Part shown: positions 41,561-53,937 of the stretch, one piece after another
Layout of the letters: the number at the start of each line of letters is the position of its first letter
How positions within the stretch are numbered: the stretch's first letter is position 1
Origin: Rhizophagus irregularis
Lineage: Eukaryota
NCBI RefSeq assembly: GCF_026210795.1
Contig: NC_089434.1
Location: forward strand, 3,906,001-3,970,000
Length of the DNA stretch: 64,000 nt
Reading direction: 5' to 3'
Position numbers and translations under genes: made by a program
Notes under the pieces: model-generated
What the model was told of the DNA's origin: nothing
Database searches by the model: none
Seen by the model: only the letters and a program-made list of their open reading frames with translations

Positions 41561-42289
41561 TAACAAATAGTAATGATCTTAACTTCGGTTAATAGTTTCT
41601 TTTTTCACTAATTAATTTAACGCTATAATTATTTTAATGCTATAATTGTTTTAATGTACTAATTGAATCCTAATACATTTGTAAATGTGGAAAAAGGTTA
41701 CGGTACGTTTCACAAAAGTATATTTTGTCGAAACCCATTTCGCCGAGACCATTTCGCCGGAGGAAAGTTTCGCTGTAGGGATATTTGGTTTCGGTGAAAT
41801 GGACTTCGATTGTAACGAGAATTGTTATTTGTATTTGTAGTTAAAGGAGATGGGGAAGATATATGACTAATACACTAATACGAGTTGATAAATAATGTGA
41901 CCTATTTATTTTTCGTGAGAGGAACGTTAAATTCTTTATTGACGAAGTTGATTAACTGATTAAGGATTATTATTTGATGTATTTTTTTCTTCTTTTATCT
42001 TGTAGATGAGAAAGGTATATGAATTAAAGGGTAGAAAAACGAAAGTTGGAAAATTGGGATAAAATTGAGGTAGCATAAAAGTTAGAAAACCATTAAAAAA
42101 AAGAGAGAAAGCAACGTTATTAGCTGATTATTAATAAACAACTAAATAATTACACCACTATTAAATGTATTATATAATTACAATAGTTTAATTTAATAAA
42201 ATATATAAATTTATTTAATATAAATGATAATAATGAACAATAAAAAAAAATATATAAAATATTCAAATTAACAAAAAAAAAAACTAATT

Positions 42290-43723
42290 TTATTCAAATT
42301 CAAATTTTTTAATGATACCCAACTTTTTATATTTTTCAATTATTTTCATATTTTCAATATTTTCCTCATTATTATTATGAATAATAAAGGAAAGTGATTT
42401 TTGTACCTTACGATTTTTCCAACCAATAAAAAAGGATTCCAAATCTTTTGAATCTAATTTTACATAATTACGTAATCTTAATTCATGAAAATTTTTTGGT
42501 GAATACTTAGTAACAGTTTCCAATACTTCATCACATTTTAAATATGTTTTACCACTCCTAATTTTAATACTTTCTAATTGTTGACAACTAATAAAAATTA
42601 TTCTTAATGTTTTTAATTCATTTTTTATAAATCTAGTATAAAGAGATTTCAAATTTGGACAAAATTTAGATATAGCTAAATTTAAAAAATTATTATGTTT
42701 ATCTATATATAATTCTTTTAAATTTTTTCCATTATTCTCTAAAAATTTAATTAAAATTTCAGCTTTTGGACATCCATTAATAAATTTTAAAATTTGTAAT
42801 TTTGTAAAATTAATATTTTGTATTTCTTCAAAATCATCTCTATAATCAAATGATATAATAAGCTCTTGTAAATTTATTAATCCAGAAATAAATGATAAAG
42901 GTTCATAACTTGCCACTCCTTGTACAACTAATTTTGTTATTGTAAGTGAATGACTTGTTAATGAAGGTACAATTACTGAATAATCATCATAATCCTGTAT
43001 TTTTAAAGTTAAAGATTTTAAACTAACTTGTGAAAAAATCAAATCTTGTAACCCATCTGAAACAATTTCTTCAAATGTTATATCTAATGATTGTATATGA
43101 TGACATATTTGAGATAATTGATAAAAAAATTTTGAATGAACATTTGAACCACATGCTAATTCTGAAAGATTTTTTAAACAATCCTTTGCTCCAGAAAAAT
43201 TTATGAAATTTGGAATATTTCTATCATAAAAATCAGAATAATAAGTCAATTTTTTCATAGTAGTTTGTTTCATAAACATTTTTAATATTTCTTGTGCAAT
43301 CATATTATTCTTATTTAATAAAGTATATGTAGTAGATTTTTGATTCTTAAAATACTTTTTGTTATAAAATACATCATCAAGTATTAGATTGATATCAAGA
43401 ATTGAAAGAACTTTACAAAATGATGCATAATTAAACAATGGAGATTTCGAAGTTAAAATTGGAATAGCTCCATTCTTATATAAGAGATCTTTTGATTCTT
43501 TAGGAAGACAATTAATTAAAGTATTAAGGATTTGTGATGATATTCCAAACCTATACGATGGTGATATTTTACGTTTTAAATCCCAAATGTTTCGCCACAA
43601 AACTCTAACAGAAACTTCACACCAAAGACGATTAACTAGTAAGCATGAATATAATGCAGTTTTATTTCCATCTAAATAATTAAAAATTTCGATAAGACAA
43701 TCAGCTGGAAGTTTATTAGGCAT
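42290..43723 (-). CDS. F-box/LRR (RNI-like) protein, 477 aa, single exon
   Basis: Uninterrupted ORF; likely start MPNKLPADCLIEIFNYL..LYSCLLVNRLWCEVSVRVLW; PLFNYASFCKVLSI; LRR-like repeats; ends IIEKYKKLGIIKKFEFE. The 40-codon upstream extension in the ORF track is a tandem repeat. Confidence 0.92.
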   Translation of the reverse strand: MPNKLPADCLIEIFNYLDGNKTALYSCLLVNRLWCEVSVRVLWRNIWDLKRKISPSYRFGISSQILNTLINCLPKESKDLLYKNGAIPILTSKSPLFNYASFCKVLSILDINLILDDVFYNKKYFKNQKSTTYTLLNKNNMIAQEILKMFMKQTTMKKLTYYSDFYDRNIPNFINFSGAKDCLKNLSELACGSNVHSKFFYQLSQICHHIQSLDITFEEIVSDGLQDLIFSQVSLKSLTLKIQDYDDYSVIVPSLTSHSLTITKLVVQGVASYEPLSFISGLINLQELIISFDYRDDFEEIQNINFTKLQILKFINGCPKAEILIKFLENNGKNLKELYIDKHNNFLNLAISKFCPNLKSLYTRFIKNELKTLRIIFISCQQLESIKIRSGKTYLKCDEVLETVTKYSPKNFHELRLRNYVKLDSKDLESFFIGWKNRKVQKSLSFIIHNNNEENIENMKIIEKYKKLGIIKKFEFE

Positions 43724-43760
43724 TTTATCTATTATTTTTTTATAACAAAAAGTAATATGA

Positions 43761-43830
43761 TGAAGTTCAACGTTAAAAATGATATGAAGTTCAACGTTAA
43801 AAAAGATATGAAGAAGTTCAACGTTAAAAA
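43761..43830. repeat. Three tandem copies of GAAGTTCAACGTTAAAAA in the F-box 5' leader
   Basis: Directly visible; period 24-27 bp. Confidence 0.9.
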
Positions 43831-44729
43831 GGTGAATTTTCAAAAAAATAAAATCGTTGTTACCTTTTTATAGTAAGTTGAGTTTAATCGTGTTACAATA
43901 CCTGTTGTATAACAGATAAAGTAATGTGAAAATTACGCCAATAATTTATACATTTTTGGGGGAATTTGCCGATCATTGATTATTATGAATGTTGTACTAC
44001 AATTCGTGAATCGTGAGTCGATAAATTAAATTTTGTGGACGGTAGCTTAATTCTTTAATCAATCTCATTGATCCAGAAAAGGTATTGGTTTGTTATAAAA
44101 GTGATCTTCGAGTTAGAAATAATTATTTCAAGCTATTAAATAATGATGCACAATCAAATAATTGAATATCAATAAATCCCCCCTTAGAGTACATACCTAT
44201 TTCCAATGATTATAAATGTCTTAAATATTCGTACATGCAATTTCAATTAATAAAAAATGATCCCAAATCTTTTGATGATTTTTAATTTTAATTTACGGAA
44301 ATTCCTTGGTGAGAATAATAGCTTCCCAATATCGGTCTTTTTTTCGTCTGAAAATTTCCCATGCACAACATAAATTGTCACATCATAACTTGTTACACCA
44401 GTTTCCAATTATCATGAGAACGAATTTTTTTCGGGGGAGTAAAAATTTATTTGTCACACGGTTAATATAAAAAATCATGTGAACGAACACGGCATTGGAA
44501 ATATCATTTTTTGGTATGAAGATCTCTTTTAAAGTTGGCTAGTTCTCATACGGTGAATCCCGAAGAATGCAACCCATATTTCGCTACCAATACTATTAAG
44601 AACCATCTTCTTACAACCCATTCAGTTCCATTTACGATCATTTATTTATTAACTAACTCGGCTAATTTTGTTTCATTCAAATTATATATCTGCCTTATAT
44701 ATTTTGCCCATTTATAAATAATGTGTATC

Positions 44730-44899
44730 CCCTATAAAAAATTTTATCCGTTATTTCTGTAAAAACTCCGTAAAAATGAGCCTTTCACGGATCCAAAATA
44801 ATTCGATAAATTCCGGGATATAAAGTTATTAATTCCGAAAATGAGCCTTTTACGGAAAAAAAGACGGAACATAAAAAACGGATCGACTTTTTTACAGGG
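44730..44899. mobile_element. MITE, CCC-terminated family
   Basis: CCCTATAAAAAA...TTTTTTACAGGG termini; paralogous to 17112-17281 and 46035-46215. Confidence 0.85.
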
Positions 44900-45282
44900 T
44901 ATTAGAGATATATATATAAAAAATAATTTTTTACGTTCTTTCATATTAAATAAAGGAAATTTTATAATTTTATTCTCTTACAATTATAGGAGTGCAATCT
45001 GCTGTCGTTAAATATGGTGGTTCATCTTGTGAAGTCAGTGTTCCAACGCGTACTGAAGCCCGGGCTATTCTAAATCTAAAGTTAAAGAGGACCAAGTTAC
45101 TTTCTTTGTTTCTTTGATTAGAAAAGAGTGACCAAATTGTCGTATGTCGGATGCAGAATTAAAGATATAGTACCTAAAAGGCTCAAAAGTGAAATTAGAG
45201 ACGTGCTCAGAGAAGTAAACGCCGAAAATAAGAAACAGTAAATTGCTACCGACGCATAAATAATTGTAGAAAATGTCTGGTT

Positions 45283-45391
45283 CCCTATAAAAAATTTTTT
45301 AGAAATTAATCACATATCGGAGTTTGTTTAGAATGAAACTAGAAAAATGATCATTTATCGGAATTTTCTTCAGAAAATTTTTTATTGAGGT
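45283..45391. mobile_element. Short MITE, CCC-terminated family, second subfamily
   Basis: CCCTATAAAAAA start, decayed right end, GTT on both flanks; shares ATGATCATTT..GAAAATTTTT with 32594-32660. Confidence 0.5.
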
Positions 45392-45527
45392 GTTGTCTTG
45401 TAGATTGAGTTGAGTTCTATTTAGATAGTTGTTTTGAAATATTAACTTCGAGTTTTAATCGGACATTATCATAACAATATTAAAATAGAATCCTTGAAAC
45501 TATTTTGGTATAGGTAGAGCCCTATTA

Positions 45528-45994
45528 GGGCGTTTACAATCAGGACATAGTATTAGCCGCATGGTAAAAATCATTGATGAAGATTTTTTGTGTACAAGCT
45601 ATTTTGAATCTGACATCTCTAATAAATTCTCTAAATAAATTTTACGTAGTAATTATTCAAATTTGCAGTTTTCCAATTGTTAAAAACGGAAAACACTTTA
45701 TGTTATTTAAATTTGATATTTTCATATGGGGCGATTTTTTTCCGTACATTTCCGTACATTTTCAGGATATTTTCAGGATATTTTCTGTACAATTTCTGTA
45801 AAACAAAACACAAAAATCACAAAAGCCGGTTAATACGGAAAACTTGCATAAAATGTACGTAAAGTATTCTGAAACATATCGCGAGAAATTAAATTTTTCG
45901 CAGTAGGAATTTTGAAATTTCTATAGAAAAATCTTTAATGATTTTTATTATGGAGCTACTCCTATGTTTATGGTAGGCCTGATTGTAGACACCT
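45528..45994. mobile_element. Probable MITE (PIF/Harbinger-like)
   Basis: Imperfect TIRs GGGCGTTTACAATCAGG and CCTGATTGTAGACACCT; left flank TTA. Confidence 0.45.
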
Positions 45995-46034
45995 CAACAC
46001 CCTATGTTATTGCAACAAAAGTTCATGTTTAGAG

Positions 46035-46215
46035 CCCTATAAAAAATTTTATCCGTTATTCTATAAAAACTCCGTAAAGATGAGCCTTTCACGGAACCAT
46101 TCACGGAAAATGTAAATAATTCAATTCCGAGACATAAGGTTATTAATTCCGGAAATATGAGCCTTATACGGAAAAAAGACGGAATGTAAAAAATAGGATC
46201 GACTTTTTTTACGGG
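46035..46215. mobile_element. MITE, CCC-terminated family
   Basis: CCCTATAAAAAA...TTTTTTTACGGG; paralogous to 44730-44899. Confidence 0.8.
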
Positions 46216-47316
46216 AGGGGAGTTGGGTTAGTATAAATGCTGATGCAAGATTTAGTAACGATTATTAATTTTATATGAAAGTTTTGTTTTAATATTTTAG
46301 AATAATGATGTTTATTGAATTTAAATATATATATATTTTTTAAAAAAGCACATTAGCATTTCCGTAACATGCTATTGAGATCATTATTTATAATAATTCA
46401 AAGTTAAACTTGTTTATAAAATTTTATTATTTTGACTTGTATACCTTTGTAATAAAAATAAAACAAAGTTAATAAAAAATTTATTTATATATCTTAATTC
46501 TTAAATAAAAAAAAAATTACGTATATTTAATTCATCATCACACGTTTTCTCGTCATTTTGAGTATGATAATCTGACTCCGTGTCATATATATATATATTG
46601 GGACGTCATTTATCATCATTGATTAATTTTTCGTCAAGTATAGAGAATTTAATGTAATGTATATGAAAAATCATAAAGAAATCAGTTCTTAAATTCGATT
46701 ATAAAATAATTCATTTACAAAGGTGTTAAAGGAGTTTAACCATTTGAAAAATGTGCATATCATAAAATAAAATCTGTGGATAAATGCTTTGAACCAATGG
46801 ACAAAACATTCTAACAACTAATATAATAATAAAAAAGAAAGGATTAATGTTCTAAGTTATTGTCATCAATATGGAATAAAAAAAAAGAATAGGAGAATCT
46901 ATAAAACTAAATGAAGTGTTCTACCGTTGTCGCTACGTTAAAAAACTTCTATAGTCACCTGAATTTTTTTTTCTTAGTAATAACACAGTATTTAGAATTA
47001 TAATAATTATTAAATAAGAAAAAAAAAGTATTTAATTTTATTTAAATACTTGCGTCTTTTCGATATCTTTGATCACCAAATTAGTACGTTAATATCGTTA
47101 AATCCTGTGAATATCAAACGATTGTGCATCATCTAAAAATTAATTATATTTGTGATGAACAAAGCTAAACCGATAATTGAATTGGATCATCGCAGTTCTT
47201 AATAAATATTTGTCGTACAGATTGGATCATATGATCAATCATACCAGCTTAAATAAATCATTTTCTTATTTTTTTTTTCTTTTCAAGAAAAAAAAAAAAA
47301 GAAAAAAAAGAAAAAA

Positions 47317-50300
47317 ATGTCAAATCAAGCAACATATTCGGATATTCACAGACAAATTCCTGATGAGCTCATCAAATATTATGATTATTCATACTTTCAA
47401 TATATAAAACAAATAAGTAGTAATGTCGTTCGTGCTACTTGGAAAAACACTGATCGTTTTTTCGCTCTGAAACATATTAATAACGATAAACAAACTTTCG
47501 AACAAATTATTAGAGAGGTAATATATATATATATATATATATATTTTTAGTTATTTTACTTTGATTAGATAAAAATTAAAAAAAAAGAAATTATATTTTT
47601 ATACCGTAGTTAAAATTGTATCGGAGTGTTGATTTTCATGAAAATATTTTACGATTTTACGGTATCACGAATGTAGAAATGGGTAATTTGTATCATTTTG
47701 ATTTATAAATGTATTAAATATATTATTACCTATTCTTACTTTTTATATTTTTATTATTCATTCAGATGTTTATGAAGCAAAAAAATATTCTTTGGTCTTA
47801 GAATATGCTAATAGAGGTACATTGAACACTTATTTAAGTGAATATTTTGATGAACTTGATTGGGATGACAAATATAATTTATCATTGCAACTGGCAAGTG
47901 CCGTGGAATGTATGCATAATTGCGGTGTTATTCATTGTGATCTGGTATATTATTTATTTATTTATTTATTTTTATCTTATTATAATGATTTTAAATCAAT
48001 TAACTATTTATTTTATTTCTACTTTTTTAAATATTATATAGCATCCGAATAATATACTTGTACATAAGAATAATATTAAAGTGGCAGATTTTGGGTTATC
48101 GAAAAGGATTTCTGAAGAATCAATTAACGCACCAAAAATTATTGGCGCAATACCCTATATAGATCCAAAAATTTTTAATAATCGAATTGATTATATTAAT
48201 GAAAATCAAAAATATAAATTCAATGAAAAATCTGATGTATATAGTATAGGAGTTCTTATGTGGCAAATTTCTAGTGGATATCAACCATTTAATACAAAAG
48301 ATTATGATATAGATTTAGCTTTAGGTATAATGAACGGAAAAAGAGAAAAAATCATTCAAGAAACTCCTATCGAATATTCTAATTTATATCAAGGTAATTA
48401 ATAATTTTTAATTATTATGTTAATAATCATGTTTTTTTTATTAAAAAAAAAAAAATATTAATATTTTTCATCATTTATGTGAAAATAGAATGTTGGAAAT
48501 TTGAACCAAGTGAACGTCCAAATATACAAAACATTGTATCTATTTTAAAAAAATTAAATTTTTCAATACAACAAAATCCGGGATCAAATAAAAACATCAT
48601 GAATGATGATTTAATGTTAGAAAAAATTGCGTCAAACCTTAATTTACTCAATTTAATAATTGTTAATGAATCCAAAAGTGGTACTGAAAATAATTCATCA
48701 GATACATTAATTCAATTAACGGAATTATCAACAGATATATTTGATTTAGCATCTAATAAAATCAATAATATAATTATCGATGAGTTTATTGCATATTTAA
48801 TTAAGAAGCATGATAGAGATTTTACTTTTGGAAATATTAAACAACTTATCAATCAACAATTATTAAAATTAAGTCAACCCACGGATAAAATTATAAAGTG
48901 GTTATCAAAAAACCAAGACAAGATACAATATATTTGGTTTCTTGGTTTATTATACTATTTTAATATTGGTATAGAGGAGGATTTTAATTTTAAAGCTTTT
49001 AACTTGTTTTTAAAGGCGGCGAATGAAAATTTTCCAATTGCGCAAGTTTATCTTGCTAAATGTTATTTTGAAGGATATGGAACTGAAATAGATTATAATT
49101 TATCATTTAATTGGTGTAAAAAATCCGTAGAAAATGATAGTATTATTGGAAGGCTTAATTTAGGATATTGTTATAAATTAGGTATTGGAACTGCAATTAA
49201 TAAAAGGAAAGCAATTCAATTATATGAAACAGCAGCTGATCAAGAAAATAGTAACGCGCAAACTAATCTTGGAATTATATATGAAAAAGGTGAAGGAATT
49301 AAAAAGGATTTAAAAGAAGCCATTTATTGGTATAGTAAAGCAGCAGAAAATGGTAACAAAGTTTCACAATATTATTTGGGTAAATGTTTTGAATTAGGGA
49401 ATGGTATTAAAAAAGATTTGGTTAAAGCTTTTGGATATTATAAGATGTCAGCTGATCAAGAATATTTAAACGCTCAATTTCAGCTTGGATATTTTTATTT
49501 TAATGGTATTGGAACTAATATTGATAAAGAAAAGGCATTTAATTTATATAAAATAGCAGCAAAAAAAGGACATAATATAGCACAAAATAATCTTGGATTT
49601 TCATATGAAAATGGTGAAGGAACAATAAAAGATTTGAAAAAAGCTATTTATTGGTATAGCAAAGCAGCAGAAAGTGAATATGAAGTGGCACAATATAATT
49701 TAGGTAATTGTTATAAATTAGGAATTGGTGTAGAAAAAAATGAAGTTAAAGCTTTCGAATGTTTCAAAAAATCAGCTGATAAAAATTATTTGGATGCTCG
49801 ATTTAAATTTGGGTATTGTTATGATGAAGGAATTGGAACAGAAATTAATAAAGAATTAGCATTTGAAATATATAAAGTAGCAGCAGAAAAAGAAAATAGT
49901 AATGCTCAAATGTTTCTTGGTAATTTATGTAAATATGGTCAAGGAACAAAGAAGGATATAAAACAAGCCATATATTGGTATCGAAAAGCAGCAGAAAATG
50001 GAAATAAAATTGCACAATATAATTTAAGTAATTATTGTAAAGGATTTGGGATTGATTTTAATAAAGAAAAAGCTTTTAATCTATATAAAACTATAGTTAA
50101 GAAAGTACATAGTATAGCACAAAAACATCTTGAAAGATTGTATAATAATGGCGAAGGAGATAATTTAAAAGATACATTTTATTGGTATGGAAAGGCAGCA
50201 GAAGGTGGATGTGAAATAGCACAATGTTATTTAGGTAGTTATTATGAATATATTATAAAAAATAAGGTTAAAGCTTTTAATCTTTATAAAAAATCATCAA

Positions 50301-50596
50301 AGAAAGAATATTTAGATGCTCAATTCCAACTTGGATATTGTTATGATGTAGGAAATGGAACTGAGGTTAATAAGGAAAAGGCATTCAAATTATATAAGAA
50401 ACTAGCTGAAAAAGAATATAGCATAGCGCAAAATAATCTTGGAATTTTATATATTAATGGTGAAGGAACTGAAGAAGATTTAGACAAAGCTATTTATTGG
50501 CATAATAAAGCGGCAAAAAATGGATGTGATGTGGCAAAATATAATTTAGATATTTATTATGAATTTATTGCAGAAAATGGAACTGTAATAAGTTGA
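47317..50596 (+). CDS. TKL-type kinase fused to a long Sel1-like repeat array, about 970 aa, 5 exons
   Basis: Exons 47317-47517, 47610-47682, 47766-47944, 48042-48393 and 48489-50596 splice in frame (2913 nt). FALK, IHCDLHPNNIL, ADFGLS, PYIDP, SDVYSIG; about a dozen AQ.NLG..YE.G.G...D...A..WY.KAAE repeats. Confidence 0.93.
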
Positions 50597-51066
50597 TACT
50601 TTGTATTATTTATTATTAGCTTACAATATATTCTATTCATTTGTATATTCATAATTCAATAAATTTTGTATAAAATAATTTTAAATATATTATCAATAAA
50701 TATGTAAAAACTTTATAAAATTTCTTGTAAAATTAAAATTCATCTGTGAATTCATTTGAAAGAAAGAAAGTGTTGATACCAAAATTTATGATAATAAGCC
50801 AGTGAACGTGCTACAAGTTAAATACAGTTTAAAATAATTTTATTTCGATTTTATTAGAGTCTTAACTAATAGCTATGTTATTTACTGTAAAATTTGCATT
50901 AATTTATGTAAACTTTCTTAATATGCAAAAGTATTATTTTTACGGTAAACTTAATTATTACTTAATGACCTAGACCGTATAAGAATTCAAAATTGATCAT
51001 GTAATAAATAAAATACTTGCATCATATTTATAACACAAATATTTTCTCTCCTCATCTTTATTAAAA

Positions 51067-51960
51067 ATGTCTCAACTTAAGGTTGATATGTTGATTGCCT
51101 TAACGAAATTTTTGAATAAATAGAACATGATAAAGTCAATCACCTTTGGTATGATGTTTAAATTCTATATGATAAATAATATTATTGCTTAATCCTTAGC
51201 TTCAAAACTTCTAATGTTTAACTATGCATCATTTTGTATAATTCTATCAATCTGTGAATTTAATTGCGAACTTGAACTAATATTTATGTATTGTGTCACG
51301 AAAGTCTCTTTTATAAGAAATTGGATTAGTTATTTATTATTGTTAAGATCAAATGTTACTTTTACCTTTTATATTGGAGAAAGAGATCGTTTAAAAGATC
51401 TTTAAGAACTACACTGTTCTTCAAATATTTGTCTTCAATCGTTTTATCGATTATCTTAAATATGTCATAATATACAATTATTTGATATAACATTTAAAAA
51501 AAGTTATTTCAAATAGATTAAAAGATTTAATTTCTGTTCAATAAAATTTAAAAAATTTACAAATATTTCTACCTTATTAATGCGATGAATATAGTATAGG
51601 CAGTGAATATGCAGTATGTTGATATTTTTTAAGTATCAGTTGCTTAAAATTAATTCAAATTACATATATTACTCAGTCTTAAGATATAGTTTTTCGAGTT
51701 TAAGTCAAAAAACTTAGGAAAGAGTTTGCTGATCTTTGTATCGTTTCTTTTAAGTATATGTATATTATTATTGTCATTAAATTTTAAGTTAAAACATAGG
51801 TGATAATTTCATGGTATAGTGAGAGTTTACAAAAAATCTTTTTCTTTATTTTGATAAACTTCAAGTATTAATTTTCATAAAAGAAAAAGAAATAGATATT
51901 TTATTTAAAGTAATAAATTTTTTTGTATACATTATTTCCTAAACTTAATTGGTAAAATCG
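51067..51960 (+). pseudogene. Highly decayed F-box/LRR pseudogene
   Basis: MSQL..DCLNEIFE*IEHDK, LMFNYASFCIILSI, RDRLKDL*ELHCSSNI and FYRLS*ICHNIQ correspond to blocks in the intact gene at 42290-43723. Confidence 0.7.
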
Positions 51961-52759
51961 GTTTGATAAATATTTACTTTAATAATTTTACAGTCTAATA
52001 TTTTAATAAGGACGTATTGTATAGATTATGAGGGAAAATCTAATATGTCATCATCATGTTTATGGTAATTGTAAATTAGGTAAATTTTATTATTTTGGAG
52101 AAAAAATATACAATATCTCAATAATCGTCTTTAATAACTTTAGTAACTTTCTGAACTAATGAAAGTTGTATCTATATATATTTAATTACATAAGTTTTAT
52201 TTTCTAAGCGAAGCATTGATTGAATAATTAGGTAGCTCATGATTTTATTTATTGTTTTTTCTAATAGTAGAAGTTAGTCTTACCGGCAAAAGAATAAATT
52301 GTAGATTATAAAGTTCAACGAAAAATTCAGAATTTATACATTATTTGGGTTTAACAAGTATAGCTTTTAACTTTATTTTATTAAAACTGATGGAACAGTT
52401 TTATTGTTTACATTATTGTAAGAATCATACATTTTTATAAACTATAGGTAAGCATATTAGATTTATGATTTTAGAGTTATTAGTAAGTGCCTGTCTGTTC
52501 TTTATAATCTGAGACTAAAATATTTTTTTTAAGATAGTTTTTTTGAACAAATTTTGTTTCATGTTCTACAATATAATTATAAACCTTATAAAATACTAAA
52601 TGTGTTAATATAATGGCTTACTTTTCAGTTCAAAATAATTGCAATCGGACCATTTCCACAATATCGTTAAATAATTAATATTGTATTGCTAATCTTTTAT
52701 TTTTTTTTTAAAAAAAAAGAAAATTATCTAAATATTATACATTATTTAAGAATGATTTT

Positions 52760-53458
52760 AGGAGTGCAAAGTAAAATATTCATTTCTAAAATAAGATTCC
52801 CACTTTTCTGGACCTATTCATTAGAGAATATACTGAAATTAGCAAATAAAATTAATAAATTTGCTTAGTTTCTTGAAAGTGCTACATTGGTTTTGAATTT
52901 CATATTAGGAACTATATATATAAACATAGGAATATAATAAATACTCTCTTACTAACTTGCCAAAAAATGCTAAACCAAATACTAGCACTGTATAATTTTT
53001 AATAAATCAAATTGATATAACAAAGAGGCAACAATTTCATTTATTACTTACGAAGTATAAGTGAATAAATCTTTAGGAGTATCGCGATATAATACTAAAA
53101 ATTAAATATAGTTTTTCGTTAATAGTTGATCAATATCAATAGGATTATAACTTACTAAATATTATTAGGAAAACATTTCCAATGAAATAACTGTGATTAA
53201 ATTATATTTAAAGTTAATATATTCAAGGTAAAAAACGTAACGCGTATGAAATTACTTACAGAATTCCTGAATAATATATGTACCTCTGTATAATAGCTTT
53301 ACAACACAACATTATGTAAAGATACTAAATACGAAATTTCTCTCTCTCTCTTTATTTAGAAATTTGGAAAAAAACATTGCAAGTTTCATACCTGTACCAA
53401 TACATACAATAAAGCAAAGAATAAAAATAATTTTAGTAATAATAATCGAAGCTTTCAT
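52760..53458 (-). pseudogene. Possible multi-exon secreted-protein gene or pseudogene
   Basis: ATG at 53458 gives signal-peptide-like MKASIIITKIIFILCFIVCIGT followed by a GT donor, with further GTAAGT donors near 53258 and 53051; I could not build a stop-free model. Confidence 0.3.
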
Positions 53459-53756
53459 GGTTAAAGTATAATTATGATTCAAATTTGCTTTCCTTTATAA
53501 AGTATTTTTCTTTTTTTAGAAATACTATACGGATAAAGAACAATTTTATTTTTATTATTCTACCAAAAGAGAAAATAAAACAATAAATGCATTGGTGTGA
53601 TGGTATATCGTCATCTGCGTAAATGGAAAATCCAATTGTATTTTGTGATGTATCTCACAAAAAATTATAATAAGATAGAACAATAACTCTTAAAATTGTT
53701 TTTGTTTTGCTTCGAGAAAATTAACTACTTAAAATATTTAGTTGACCCAATATAAG

Positions 53757-53937
53757 CCCATATAAAAAATGAATGACTGGAAAAATGCAGAGAATGTCCG
53801 ACGGAAAATTGCAATATTCCGGATGTTGAGACATGATTGTGATTTTTCAGAAAATGTCTAGGAGGATTCAGGCCTAGTGTTGAGAAAGTATTTTCTGGAC
53901 ATTTTCAATGACAATTTCTGATATTTTTTTTATAGGG
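53757..53937. mobile_element. MITE, CCC-terminated family, third subfamily
   Basis: CCCATATAAAAAA...TTTTTTTATAGGG with an AAG duplication at 53754-53756 and 53938-53940. Confidence 0.7.

Noticed and set aside
43724..43843. N-terminal 40-aa extension of the F-box ORF
   Set aside because: It begins at a non-ATG codon and is the translation of a tandem repeat; the F-box motif starts right after ATG 43723.
44517..45260. Exon-like fragments flanking a MITE (VQSAVVKYGGSSCEVSVPTRTEARAIL)
   Set aside because: Probably a decayed gene, but I cannot identify the family or build a reading frame.
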